Positions 1 through 11,986 of a stretch of 64,000 bases of DNA are shown here, in pieces. The translations under genes and the position numbers were made by a program. Each line of letters starts with the position of its first letter. The stretch's first letter is position 1. The notes beneath the pieces are model-generated. The model saw only the letters and a list, made by a program, of their open reading frames with translations, ran no database searches and had not been told where the DNA came from. The DNA lies in NCBI RefSeq assembly GCF_001194135.2, contig NC_068998.1, positions 32,855,799 to 32,919,798 on the forward strand, written 5' to 3'. The DNA comes from Octopus bimaculoides (Eukaryota).

Positions 1-370
1 TGTTCAGACAGCTTTTGGCTGGTTTCATACAACTTGCACCAACATGGACCAATTTCAGTAGTTCGGACTGGTTTGTTTGATGAAGTTGTTTGATGAAGAT
101 ATTTGATGAAAATGTTTCATGAAAATGTTCGATGAAGATGTTTAGACTAGTTTCAACCAGTTTGGACTGGTTTGTTAGATGAAGATTTTTTATGGAAATC
201 TTTGATGAAAATTTTGAAAATGCTTGATGAAGATGTTTGACGAAAATTTTTGTATTGGTGTCAACTAGTTTAGACCAGTCTGTTTGATGAAAATGAAGAT
301 GTTTGATGAGAATGTTTAATGAAAAATCTTGATGAAAATGTTTGGATCCGTTTGGACTGGTTTCAAGCAG
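1..370. repeat. Degenerate two-motif tandem repeat (GATGAA[A/G]ATGTTT units interspersed with TTGGACTGGTTT/TTAGACTAGTTT units)
   Basis: Both motifs recur many times in the first 370 bp; the array may run off the window start. Confidence 0.7.
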
Positions 371-544
371 TTTAGACATCAAATGTCAAATATGCACTTT
401 CAGCTCATCCATTTTATGGGTATGAAATTTAATGATAAACTATGATGTGAATGCTTTCAATGCTTAAATAGGAATGACAGATAAGGCTCTGTTAAAAAAG
501 AATAGTTTCCATTTCAATTTTAGATATCTGATTTGACCCAATAT

Positions 545-673
545 AAAACTCAACTCCATCGGTCATGAATGACCATGGGTGCACCTAAGAGGTTCTCCTC
601 TGGGGTACAAGTCTGGGTAGAAAGTCACCTCACCAGCAAACACATGCTCTAACCACTGAGCTATGTGCCTTCA
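545..673 (-). mobile_element. tRNA-derived SINE fragment (third family), followed by CA/TA microsatellite
   Basis: Minus strand begins GTGAAGGCACATAGCTCAGTGGTTAGAGCA, a Pol III A-box/tRNA D-arm-like head; no intact B-box or cloverleaf. Confidence 0.55.
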
Positions 674-726
674 CACACACACACAACAAACAAACACACA
701 CACACACACACACACACAACAAACAA

Positions 727-757
<31 letters not shown>

Positions 758-1164
758 TACACACATATATACATATATGTATGTATGTATGTATGTATGC
801 ATGTATGCATGTATGCAAGCTGAGTATCCCATCATTGCCAGGTAATTTTTATAATAGAATGCCTCGGCAGACTTTCAGAATTGCCCACCCACAGAAGATT
901 TTTCAAATTTTTAATCCCCACCACCTTGCAAAATGATGTGGAGAAGTTTCTTATCAAAAAAATGTTTATAAAATCTATAAATGCATTACTTCTGGACTGA
1001 TTTTGTCCAAGTTTTGTTAGCACTATGCATAAACAATGGGAGAAACCTTGTCGATTTCTAAATTCAAATTAGTTTTTTTCAAGGATGTACCATTTCAGAG
1101 CCTTTTGTGGCTAAACACACATACATAACCACATACACACATTTTTATCGTAGACATGTGTATA

Positions 1165-1221
<57 letters not shown>

Positions 1222-1307
1222 ACTCTATAGAAATAAACGTATTACATTTCACTCAGGCATTGCAAGACTAATAACCTTGTTTAGAACTCAATAAATGTAT
1301 TCTTCAG

Positions 1308-1364
1308 AATGAATTGTTAGACAAGTATCGAGTGGTAATAGAGATGACAAAGGAAAAAAAGCAG
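1308..1364 (+). CDS. Candidate internal exon of an unidentified host gene (NELLDKYRVVIEMTKEKKQ)
   Basis: ttcttcag acceptor, 57-nt open phase-0/0 segment with a charged helical peptide, weak gttatg donor; no TE similarity recognised. Confidence 0.3.
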
Positions 1365-3624
1365 GTTATGTTATGAGCTTCATTAGCTTATGAATGCTTC
1401 TGCTATAAGATGCAGTGGACTCATAGTTGAGTGCCTGAATGACATCCTGTACTTCATGAAACAAACTTGTGTGTGTGTGTGATGGTTGTTCTCTTGTGAT
1501 CAAGGAAGACCATCACTGATTATTCAAAATGCCTGCAATGCCAATGCATAAGGTTACAGCACCAGCAGTTGGCTTCACCTTCATTCATGTCCACAGCTTC
1601 CATGCTCACAGCAGTGCTCTCCTACTTGACTGGGCATTGGATAGTTGCCCTGTTGGGCGATTGCACGTGCAAGCAAAAGATATCCAAAATGTTCAGTGCC
1701 ATTCCTTGTATATCTGTTTTTATTTCTGAGTGACTTTCTCTTAGAGACATGCTTTAACAAAAGCTAAGAGGTTCCTCACTCCCAGTAGTCTTCCAGCACA
1801 CCAGACACCAACCCAAAATTTCTGAGGGCCCATGCTACTGTTAGATAATTGTCACTAATATATATATATATATATATATATATGCATACATACACATATA
1901 AGCAATATTATTTACATGTGTATGTGCATTCATCATTCATACCATTTACACTAAAATATGGACATATATTTTCAAGTTAATATATTTATATATTTTGTAG
2001 CACAAAACATATAGGTGCCTATACATGTATACACAAATATAGTTATATATTTATGCATGTCTGTATATCAGTCTATATAAGTGTGTGTAATTATATATAC
2101 ATATATGTAGATGCATATATATAGAATATGATTTCATTTTTAGTTTATACAACTGCATTTTATCTTTTCCTGAAACCTATTACTACCAGCACAGTGGATA
2201 AAATTTTCTTGTTTATGTTGGTTGGTTTTGCTACTAATCTTATCAAAATGCTTGAAATAAATGCCGATATATGCTATCTCACTAAACATCAACACATGAA
2301 AATCTTTGATCTTGCATTTATATTAATGTTATACACAGAAATCAGAAATAGACTTGTTCTGAAAATCTGCTTTATATGCATCAAATTAATATTTTCTTTG
2401 GTCTATCATATCAGATTCCTCACATTCTTTTTGAACTACTGTGTAAGTAAGATGCTCTTTGGGCAGCAGCTTTTGTAGATTCTTTTATTCTTCATATGCT
2501 GTAATAAATTTTCACTGATACATTCACTAGTATTAGTGTCTTGAACATGAATAGAATGTACATAGCTTAAATGATTAATATTTTATTTGTCATTGACAAA
2601 ATAATAACTGGGTTTTTACAGATGAAATTACAATAGTTTGTCAAATGTATCAGCTACTTTTATGAGTTTTCACGATCACCAATTTCACTTTGCTATGGCC
2701 ATCTCCAAATTCATTAATCATACGATAGTAAAATCAATAAATCGTACTCTGCTGCCCTTCATATTCCACATCTGGAATGAAAGAATAAATTGAGAGTGCA
2801 GAATTTCAATTGATATTTCTTCCTTTACTCAAATTTTAGCACATTCACTGAACTTTTAGGAAATTTTATCCACTCACTAGTATTGATATTGAATGATTAT
2901 CCAAAGCATAATTTGAGGCATATTATTTAGTCATGTCTGTATTTAAGATAATTATAATGCAGCTCAACAGGTTTTGAATGAAATCACTTTCCACTTTTTC
3001 TAGCTTGACTGGTAACATCATATACTCTCACTGTAACTACAAACTTAGAGTTAGTTAAATTCCTAGACCTCCCTGCATCTCTTATACCTCAGCACATGTA
3101 GACACAAACTGTATAGAAAACATACAGCTCACTTGCATTGATAAAAACCCTTTCACCAAACTTTTAAAAACGTTGTCTGCAAAACTGTTAAAAAGATTTC
3201 CAGCTTCTCAGACAAAGGAAAGTGCAATAGAACTGCAAAGCACACCAACAAGGCTTTAGATAACTAGATTTAGAGAAACAAATTAAGTTTACTCATTAAT
3301 CCCCCTTAGCTAATAAAACTTAAACCATTCAAGAAAAATAAAGCAAAATAGAAAACACACAAACATATTTCCATCAGGCAATCTGGTGTATGTCTCCAAA
3401 TCCAGTATTTCCAAAACTCCATAAATCTGATTTGGAAATATTTAGTCACAAATGTTCCATATTATTGAAACAACACAAATTTAAGTTGAGTCAAAATTAT
3501 ATAAAAAAATAAATAGAATGTCATCACAGTTATATGACACCCAGAGTAATAGGTGACAACTGATTCTATGAAGTCATTTGAATAATTCTTTCAAAGTAGC
3601 ATGTATGAATGTGTGTGTGTGTAT

Positions 3625-4464
3625 CAGTGGCAACGCCAGCACTCAGACTGTTCAGGTTTAGCCTGAGTATAAATTTACTAAAGTGAACGTGTATTTGCAA
3701 GCTGATTTAATTTCTGCCAACACTGACTTCAAGTATGTAATTTCAGCCAATAGCTTGGGCTCCTTTTATTGGTCCTTGTCACAGTTAATTTAGTTTCATT
3801 CAGCATATGGTGGTTGTCTTAGAGGTACCCAGTGTCAAAAAATAGCATTTGTAGCAGATGTCCTCTCAGCATCATTCACACGCACCTAACTCGGGCTCAG
3901 AAGTTACAGCCTGAGTTGTTATTTACAATCGTAAGAATTAAAAGTAATTCAAATTCAATGTTTTCTTGAAACAATAAATTTGTATTGAGATTAGGATTTA
4001 AATTCCAATCTATGAAAAGTTTCCATTCTTCAATATTCTTAAAGGAACAAAGAATTACCCAGCAACTGGGGATAATATGAATGAGCCTGGCAGGTGTAAA
4101 AGACCGACTGGCACCTCTTGTCAAGAGCACAGGCGACAGTCAGATCACTGATGGTTTTTGTGCACTCTGCTGTTGTTATTTGATTGCTGCTATTTTGTGC
4201 ATCTGTGTGTAAAGATCAGTTGTGCTTTGCAGGGCTGCATTATTTTTACTCTTAACTTAGAAATAGAGAAAGATATAGTGATAGATATAAAACAAATAAG
4301 CCATTTGGGCACTAGCGTGGCTAGAGTGTGTGCTGCCCGGGCCGTTCCTTCTATTTGCTCCCCCCCCCCGGACCCCACAAAAATAGACATATTGCCTACA
4401 GCAGACCCAAAAGTAGCACCTGAGGTGGACCGACCCTACCACCACCCCTCCTTGCTACACTAGT
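3625..4464 (+). mobile_element. Degraded non-autonomous hAT-like DNA transposon
   Basis: Left end CAGTGGCAACGCC; right end reverse complement CACTAGTGTAGC after a C-rich subterminal tract. Peptide LNLEIEKDIVIDIKQI resembles the hAT C-terminal dimerisation tail. Confidence 0.35.
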
Positions 4465-4608
4465 GCATTTGGGGCGAGAAATAAAGTGGAAAATGTGAAA
4501 TTCTTCAAGCAGGTATGTGTCATGTGAAATCTGGGATGAGCCCAAGTGATTCTGATGACCTGGAGTGCCCTCTGGTGTGTATATAGTGTATATATATATA
4601 TATATATA

Positions 4609-5796
4609 TGAGGAGGTACCCAAAAGAAACCGGAATTTTGCAATGTGTTTTCCATTTTTCAAAGCAGTCCTGGAACTTTTTAACATACCCATTTTTTTAA
4701 TCTTCACCTCTTCCACATCTGCAAAACGTTTTCTTTTAAGGAACTTTCTCATTTGCGGGAACAAAAAGTCGCAGGGAGCAAGATCAGGTGAATAGGGAGG
4801 GTGGGTAGGCAGAGTCATGCCATTTTTGTCAAAAACTGTTTCACACTCAAGGCAGTGTGTGCTGGTGTATTGTGATGAAGCCACCACTCTCTACTTTGCC
4901 ACAGGTCAAGGTGATTTTGTCTCACTGCATCTTGTACATGCTTCAGAACTGCCAAGTAAAATGGTTAACAATTTGACCAGGAGGAACAAATTCTGTGTGG
5001 ACAATTCCTTTTGCATTGATGAAACAAATCAGCATTGTCATGATATTGGACTTCACTTGTCATGCTTTTGGGGTGGGGCATGGTGACATTGAATGCTCCC
5101 ATTGACTTGACTGTTGCTTCATTCCCGGGTTGTAGCTGTACAACCAGCTTTCATCAAAAGTGATAACCTTTGAAGAAGGGTCCAGATCAACTTTCAACTG
5201 TTCTTTCAGTTCATGACAAACATTCAGTCATGACTACTTTTGATCTTCCATGAGCAAGCAAAGCATGAATTTTGCTGCAACTCTTTTCATTCACGAACCC
5301 TCACTCAAAATTCGTTGGTGGGAGCTCCAGGACACACCAGTCATATCAACAAGTTCATCAATTGTTCGGCAATGGTTCTCCGAGATCAGTTCATGAATTT
5401 TCGTGATGTTTTCATTTGTTCATGAAGTTGACAGATGCCCTGAACAAGGTTGGTTTAAAGCGTGAAAAACGCTCATAAATTTGTGGTTTGCTCATGGCTG
5501 CATCCTTGTAAACTGTGTGAAGCATGATAACTGTTTCAGCCACTGTTTTCCTCAGCAGAAAACAGAATTTCACAGAAGCATGCTGTTCTTTCATTTCAGC
5601 CATTGCAAAAATTGACAAACGGGTGAAGCACTGCAAAACAAAGATGCACCACATAGCAGAATGACCTCATTCGAAGACGCCTGTTGGCAGACTGATTGCG
5701 GAAGGTCACATCAAGTGGCTTCTAGCAGTGGAAGCCTGAACTATAACAGGCCTGTCCTATAGAGAATGTTTCCAATTACTTTTGGATACTTCCTTG
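4609..5796 (-). mobile_element. Mariner (DD34D-type) transposon with a pseudogenised transposase
   Basis: N-terminal MAEMKEQHASVKFCFLLRKTVAETVIML HTH region (ATG at 5603); C-terminal HPPYSPDLAPCDF motif. Imperfect ~28-bp TIRs (TGAGGAGGTACCCAAAAG / CAAGGAAGTATCCAAAAG) flanked by TA. Multiple stops and frameshifts. Confidence 0.92.
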
Positions 5797-5798
5797 TG

Positions 5799-5846
<48 letters not shown>

Positions 5847-5854
<8 letters not shown>

Positions 5855-6130
5855 AAGCACATAAATGGGAAACAAGTGGAAGAAAATAGTACTTGAATAT
5901 TGGAGGTAGAGTAATATGCTTTGTTATTAAAGCTGCAAAAACATCATAAAGATGTCACAAAAAACTGCTACTCAGAGTGTCATGTTCCTGTTCATTGGGC
6001 AGTTGTGATTCAGAATGGAATAAGAATTGAGGTTGTCTGTATAATTTATATTTTGATATAAGTGACATTGACAGATGCACATTTGAATTTGATTGGTTGT
6101 TTCAACTAATGTTCTTTCAGAAGTATACAA
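5847..6130 (-). mobile_element. Penelope-like terminal (pLTR) fragment with hammerhead-like relic
   Basis: Minus-strand CCAATGA-ACAGGAACAT-GACA-CTCTGAGTA at 5969-5998 has the layout of a minimal PLE hammerhead with core mutations. Confidence 0.4.
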
Positions 6131-6309
6131 GCTGAGACAGTAAATATACAAATAGAAAATAAAATAAAAATGAAAATAGAAATTAAAAATAAAAATGACA
6201 TAAATATCATGTATGAATTCAAAGAAAATCTTGAGTCAAAAAGGAATTTTAAGTTAAAAAGAAATCATGCATGTCCAGAGTAAATGAATTAATTGTAAAT
6301 AAGTAAGTT

Positions 6310-6445
6310 TGCTGCAACTTTTTTCATTCACAATTCCTTGCACAAAATTCATTAGCATGAGCTCCAGTCATATCAACAAGTTCGTGAATTGTTTGGCAAT
6401 GGTCCTCTGAGATCAGTTCATGAATTTTCATTATGTTTTCATTTT
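6310..6445 (-). mobile_element. Short mariner fragment homologous to 5277-5420
   Basis: Shared blocks such as cagtcatatcaacaagttc and gagatcagttcatgaatttt. Confidence 0.75.
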
Positions 6446-7238
6446 TCCTTCACCACCACCACCCAATTTGCTGCCCTCATGGCAAAATTTGAAATTATTA
6501 TTATTATTTTTATAGTATTTCATAAAATGTCTTTATAATTATATTAATATTTTTATATTTGTTAATATTTATTTACACTTTGCCTATTCAATACTTACTG
6601 TTGCAGCATGTACATTACTTACCTAACATACATATTTGGTTAGGCTTACAATGATTGCTCATATTCATATTACATAAAATAATCATTTTAATACTTTAAC
6701 TTTAATCTTATAATTGAATTTTATTTAGATTTGCTTAATCTACACCTCCGAAATTGCATACTCCATTCCTTCTTTTAACAATTTATATATTTATATTCAA
6801 CACACCAGACACACCAGGCACATATATATTTATATTGGTATGTATATGTATGTCTATCTATATGTGTGCATATATGGACATGTGTATATATACACGATTG
6901 CTTTTTTACAATTTAACTTTCTCTTTTCCTCCTTTTATTTTATTTATTTTCTGTCTCGATACTTTTATAAAGGCTACATTGTCAAAATTGAAACGTTTCT
7001 ATATTTTCTCCCCCTTTCCCCCACCTATCTGGTTCTTTTTTACTTTTCTTTCTTTTTTATTTTCTTCTTTCTTTAAGTAGCGATGGCAAATGAATGCATA
7101 TATGAGTATGCATGTGTAAATGTGTGTCCTTGTATTTATATATATAGATATTTGTAAGTGAATATGTTTTTATGTGTGTGTATGTATGTATATATGTATA
7201 TGTATGTGTATATATATCTATCTATCTATCTATCTATC

Positions 7239-7278
<40 letters not shown>

Positions 7279-8499
7279 CACACACACCCACANNNNNNNN
7301 NNTATATATACATACATACATATATATGTATGTATAAATGAGTAACAAAGATGTACAGGTGTCAATTCATTATGGCCATTTCAAGTGGCTCCTTTAATTG
7401 ATTAATGAGAACATATTTAGCATATTTATAATGTTAAAGCAAAATATAATTAAATATAAATATATAGATGAAGGCTAGAAGTACACTTAAAATTGTAATA
7501 AGGGGATACCTTGAGATATAAGAGAAATATTAAGACTTTTCATAAATGTAGTGTATAGAATATCCTGGTAGAAACTTATATGATGAATGTATAATGGAAT
7601 ATAATATAAATAGATACTTATAGTATACATTAAACTGATATCAAAATAATTCTCATTGAATTTAGGTGGGTAAAGATAGGATGTAGTAAAAAAATGAGAA
7701 CTAATGCATAGGGTAAGTAAATTAGAGATATTAAATATATAAAGGGGTGTATTCAGATACAAGATTTAAACAGATTTAGTCCTATAATCATATAATGAAT
7801 ATCATGTATAATTTTTTAAAAATGTAACAATATAATATTACAGTATACAGTGAATTTTATGAAAAAAGTATAAATTGTCACAAATCTATAAGCTATAAAA
7901 ATATATAAAAGGATATATAAAGGCATGAAATTATTAAAAAATAAAATATAAGAATTTATAAGATTTGATGTGTAATTAAAAAATGCAAAATGATATAAAC
8001 TATAAAAACCATGAAAATATATAAAAGGATATATAAAGGAATAAAATATAAAAATATAAAATTAAAAAAATATAAAAACATAAAAAGATGATATAAAAAA
8101 TTATAAGAAAGATATAAAGAAAAATATAAGATGAAATAAAATAAAAAGAATTTCTTTATAATGGTATTGATATATGGAAAAAGTTATAGCCAGAATATTC
8201 TTATTAATACAAAATAAAATAAAATATAAATGTACCAACTTTTAACAGAGACAAAATTATCTTTGGAAACGGGTTTATGAAATATATCTAGAGTACATCA
8301 AAGAAAATGATCAAGGTAGAATAGTAACAGATTTTAGAGGGTATATTTTATATTTAGAGGAGGTGCGAATTTTAAAAATCCATTAAAAAAATAAATATAT
8401 TCTATATCAACCACGATAGAAGAGGTTCACCACTGGGAAGGGGTAAATACATATTATAATTATGAAAAGTTTATAGATCAAAGGGACTAAGGGTCACTA

Positions 8500-9400
8500 G
8501 AATGCATTATTGAATAGGTTTCAACATACATAGAGTAGGCTACGAATGATAAGGCATCTTGAATAACTTATGTCATCAAAAATACAGTATGATATAATTA
8601 TTAATTACCTACTTCTAAAGTATTTAAAAGTATGGGTAATCTTATGAACACATGATACTAAGATCTAATTTATTATTAATTAGGTTGTGTTTATCTCTAT
8701 ATTTGATTATTTCACCTATCTCCATATATTTGTGTATAGTTGAGCTCCACTCACTATATTCCACTTTAGACTGAATTTAATATTATTATCCTTGAGTTCC
8801 CAAATGTTCATAGATAATGAAGTACTGCTAGCTTTATGCTTAAGTCTAAAGGATGAAAGATGGTTATTCAAGCATTTTTTCATATTTACTGAGCACCTGA
8901 TATAAATAAAATTATTAGTTTCTGTCTGTACTGTACATTTATATATAACATTTCCTGCTGAACACTGACCTAACAGCAGGCAGTGAGATCTTTCCCTACA
9001 ATTGCAGCTGTGATTATTATTATTAGTAGTATTTCTAATCATTTTATTCATATTTATAGTGTTGTCATTTGGGGTATTATTCAAATTCATAGAATTATTA
9101 TCAAGGGTTATGTTGCTATTACTTGAGTTATTATATTTGGTATGATTACTCATATTTACATTAACCCTACTATCCTGGATTGTATCATTAGATGTTATTA
9201 GATGTTATGCAACCAACAATAGTTGCATGTGGGACACTCGGGGTATCATCTGTCTTTTATTGGCTACCTTACCATTAACTATGTTGTCTGCATTGCTACT
9301 GGGTGAGGTTGGGTGGTTAGTACTAACAGTAGTGTTATTGGTATTTACATACTTATGGTTATTGGAATTGTTAATAGGGTTAATCTACTAATACCATTAT
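8500..9400 (-). mobile_element. Penelope-like element, GIY-YIG endonuclease region (RT not visible); AT-rich 3' region may extend to ~6700
   Basis: ORF 8716-9153: CNCRERSHCLLLGQCSAGNVIYKCTVQTETNNFIYI...NNHLSSFRLKHKASSTSLSMNIWELKDNNIKFSLKWNIV. A frameshifted continuation KIIKYRDKHNLINNKLDLSIMCFHK matches the PLE GIY-YIG C-terminus. Confidence 0.85.
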
Positions 9401-9540
9401 AATTATCAAGCTCACAGGCTAAGATATTTTTTTCTGTTCAAGCGGCATATAATCATATCTAGTTTTGGAAAGGTGGAGTATGAGACTGATTAAGAGTGTG
9501 CTATATTTATGTGTGGCTGGGAAGTTTTTCTCCAAAATCG

Positions 9541-9542
<2 letters not shown>

Positions 9543-9631
<89 letters not shown>
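9543..9631. repeat. (TA)n microsatellite (one of many TA/CA/TATC tracts in the window)
   Basis: Direct reading. Confidence 0.98.
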
Positions 9632-9636
<5 letters not shown>

Positions 9637-10059
9637 CCACCTATATATATGCATACAAGTATGTATGGGTATCTGTATTTGAATGTATGTAATCATATAA
9701 TATATGTAAATATATGTATGAATGTACATTTGTACATATGTGTATATATATGAACCGGTCTATTTATATGTATGCTTATGTGTAGGTATAAGTATATTTA
9801 TGTATAAGCATGTGTTTATGTATTTATGTGAATATATGCACATGTATTTCATATGTATAAGTATATCCGGATTGTCAGTAGCCAGTGAACTGAAATTTAC
9901 CAGAAGGGTTTCAAGCCACTGATGGCCAACAACCTAAATATACCACCTTAGTACCAACCACCCCTAGCACCATCTGCACCAAGGTCACCATCGCAAATTA
10001 ACCCCCATGAACAGTCCCATAAATCACCAATCCTCAATCTGTTCTTTTCTCCATTCTCA

Positions 10060-10665
10060 TGAACTCATTTCACCCTTTTTGGATAGACTTGTAACAGGTG
10101 ACGAAAAATGGATCTTCTATCGAAATGTTAAATGTCGTAAACAGTGGCTCGCTAAAAGGGAAAAAGCTTAACCACAACTGAGACAGGAACTTCATAGGAA
10201 AAAGGTTCTTCTCTCTATCTGGTGGGATTGCAAAGGAGTAATTCACTTGGAATTGTTACCACCTAATGCAACAATCAATGCTCAAGTCTACTGTCAGCAA
10301 TTAGTGTTTGAACCAAGCTTTGAAGAAAAAAGACCCACTTTAGTGAATTGAAAACGAGTGATGTTTCATCAGAACAATGCGCAACTCCATACTGCTAAGA
10401 TTACCATTTGTTTCGTAGTTTATAGAATCATTTGGGGGACATAACTTTCGCAAGCCAGGAGGAGGTCGAAACTGACATTTCAGAGTTCTTCGCTTTGAAA
10501 CCAAAAGAGTTTTACATTGATGGGATTAAAAAGCTTGTAAATAGATGGAAGGAAGTCATTGATAATCAGGGAAAGTACATTGATGATTAAATTTCAGTTA
10601 ACTATAACATTTGATCTCTCATTTTCTTTATTCAAAATTCAGACAGAACTTATGGGATGACCTGA
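10060..10665 (+). mobile_element. 5'-truncated Mos1-like mariner (catalytic domain and 3' TIR)
   Basis: PFLDRLVTGDEKWIFYRNVK...KKVLLSIWWDCKGVIHLELLPPNATINAQVYCQQL, then MFHQNNAQLHTA. Ends with TIR-like AGAACTTATGGGATGACCTGA followed by TA. Confidence 0.9.
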
Positions 10666-10667
10666 TA

Positions 10668-11204
10668 GAACACCAAATACTGCAGTATTCACCTTCTCAT
10701 AGACACAGTGCAGAAACTCACAGACATATGTTATAGCAGATGAGAATCATCTGGTATGATACCAGAAATGCCAGAGCACATGATTTCAGTGTACTGCACA
10801 TTTTCAGTGACAGGTGCCTGCTGACCACATATGAGCCAAATCTTACTCTGAACAATGTATAGAATGACAGTGATTTTTCAGTCATTAATGTCACAAATAA
10901 CAAAACAGCGATATTAAGTTTGATATAAAGATTGGCTTTTGGTATTAATATTGTTTCCATCAGAAATATCAGTGCCTGAAAAGTCTCTGTCATTCAGTAT
11001 ATTATATACAGTGAGATTTGATTGGTATGAGGTTAGCAGGTACCTGTCACTGAGGGCATGCAGTATGCTGAAATCACATGATCTAACAATTTTAGTGCCC
11101 ATGCCAGATGATTCACATCTGCTACAATATATATCTGTGCTTTTATGCATTATGCATCTTTATGAGAGGACTTCCCAAGGCTAATACCAAAGTATTCAGT
11201 GTTC
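10668..11204. mobile_element. MITE / fold-back element with long (~230-250 bp) diverged TIRs, flanked by TA
   Basis: TA|GAACACCAAATACT...AGTATTCAGTGTTC|TA. Arms match throughout, e.g. agcagatgagaatcatctgg vs rc agcagatgtgaatcatctgg, and cagtgacaggtgcctgctgacc vs rc cagtgacaggtacctgctaacc. Confidence 0.8.
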
Positions 11205-11893
11205 TAACAAAAAGACCTACATTATGTTGGATATAAAGTTTAAAAACATTATACTCTACATCCTAATGCTTTGAGTTCTTTCTTGTATGATTGAACTTGT
11301 TAATGTTTCAATTAACAGATTGAAACACATAAGCACATACTTGCATGTATGTCCACATATATATGTTACATAAAAAATCTTAATTAGTAAGTCTCCTACA
11401 AATGCAGGTTGGACATAACTCTTTTGCCTATACTCAAGACTCCATATCTATAAACCTCTGAGTGATTACATACGTTACTGATAACATCAAAAAGCAATTG
11501 CCATTTCTCTTTGTCAAAATTAGGAAATATGTCATTCATTTGTAAATATATGTCCACCTGATATAACTATCACATTTATATTCTTGATTATTTATAGTGC
11601 CTTTAGACCCTAACAGAGAGATTGATTTAGTTGTGTCTAAATTAGTGTCACATTTCAATTGAATACTTATAATAACAATTAATCCCAAGAATATGAATGA
11701 TTATAAATAAGTTAATGGCAAAGATTTAAATATAAACAGTATAAATTATTATGATACACATGTGTGCGCATGTGCAGACATACACACACACACATACACA
11801 CATACATACACACACACACACTTATACACACACACATATACACACATATATACATAAATAAGTATACATGCATATGTGTATTTATATATACAA

Positions 11894-11932
<39 letters not shown>

Positions 11933-11942
11933 NNNNNNNNNN

Positions 11943-11986
<44 letters not shown>

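Noticed and set aside
630-845. ORFs rich in YI/HT/CV (also 9419-9922, 11764-12092, 53505-53977, 60862-61908)
   Set aside because: Translations of (TA)n and (CA)n microsatellites.
1529-1830. GC-richer segment with a 66-aa ORF
   Set aside because: No splice or domain support; probably an unclassified repeat fragment that I could not assign.
2620-2785. Minus-strand frame DVEYEGQQSTIY*FYYRMINEFGDGHSKVKLVIVKTHKSS with one in-frame TGA after a good acceptor (selenocysteine or readthrough idea)
   Set aside because: No SECIS or selenoprotein motif seen; short open frames on both strands here are compatible with chance or a terminal exon.
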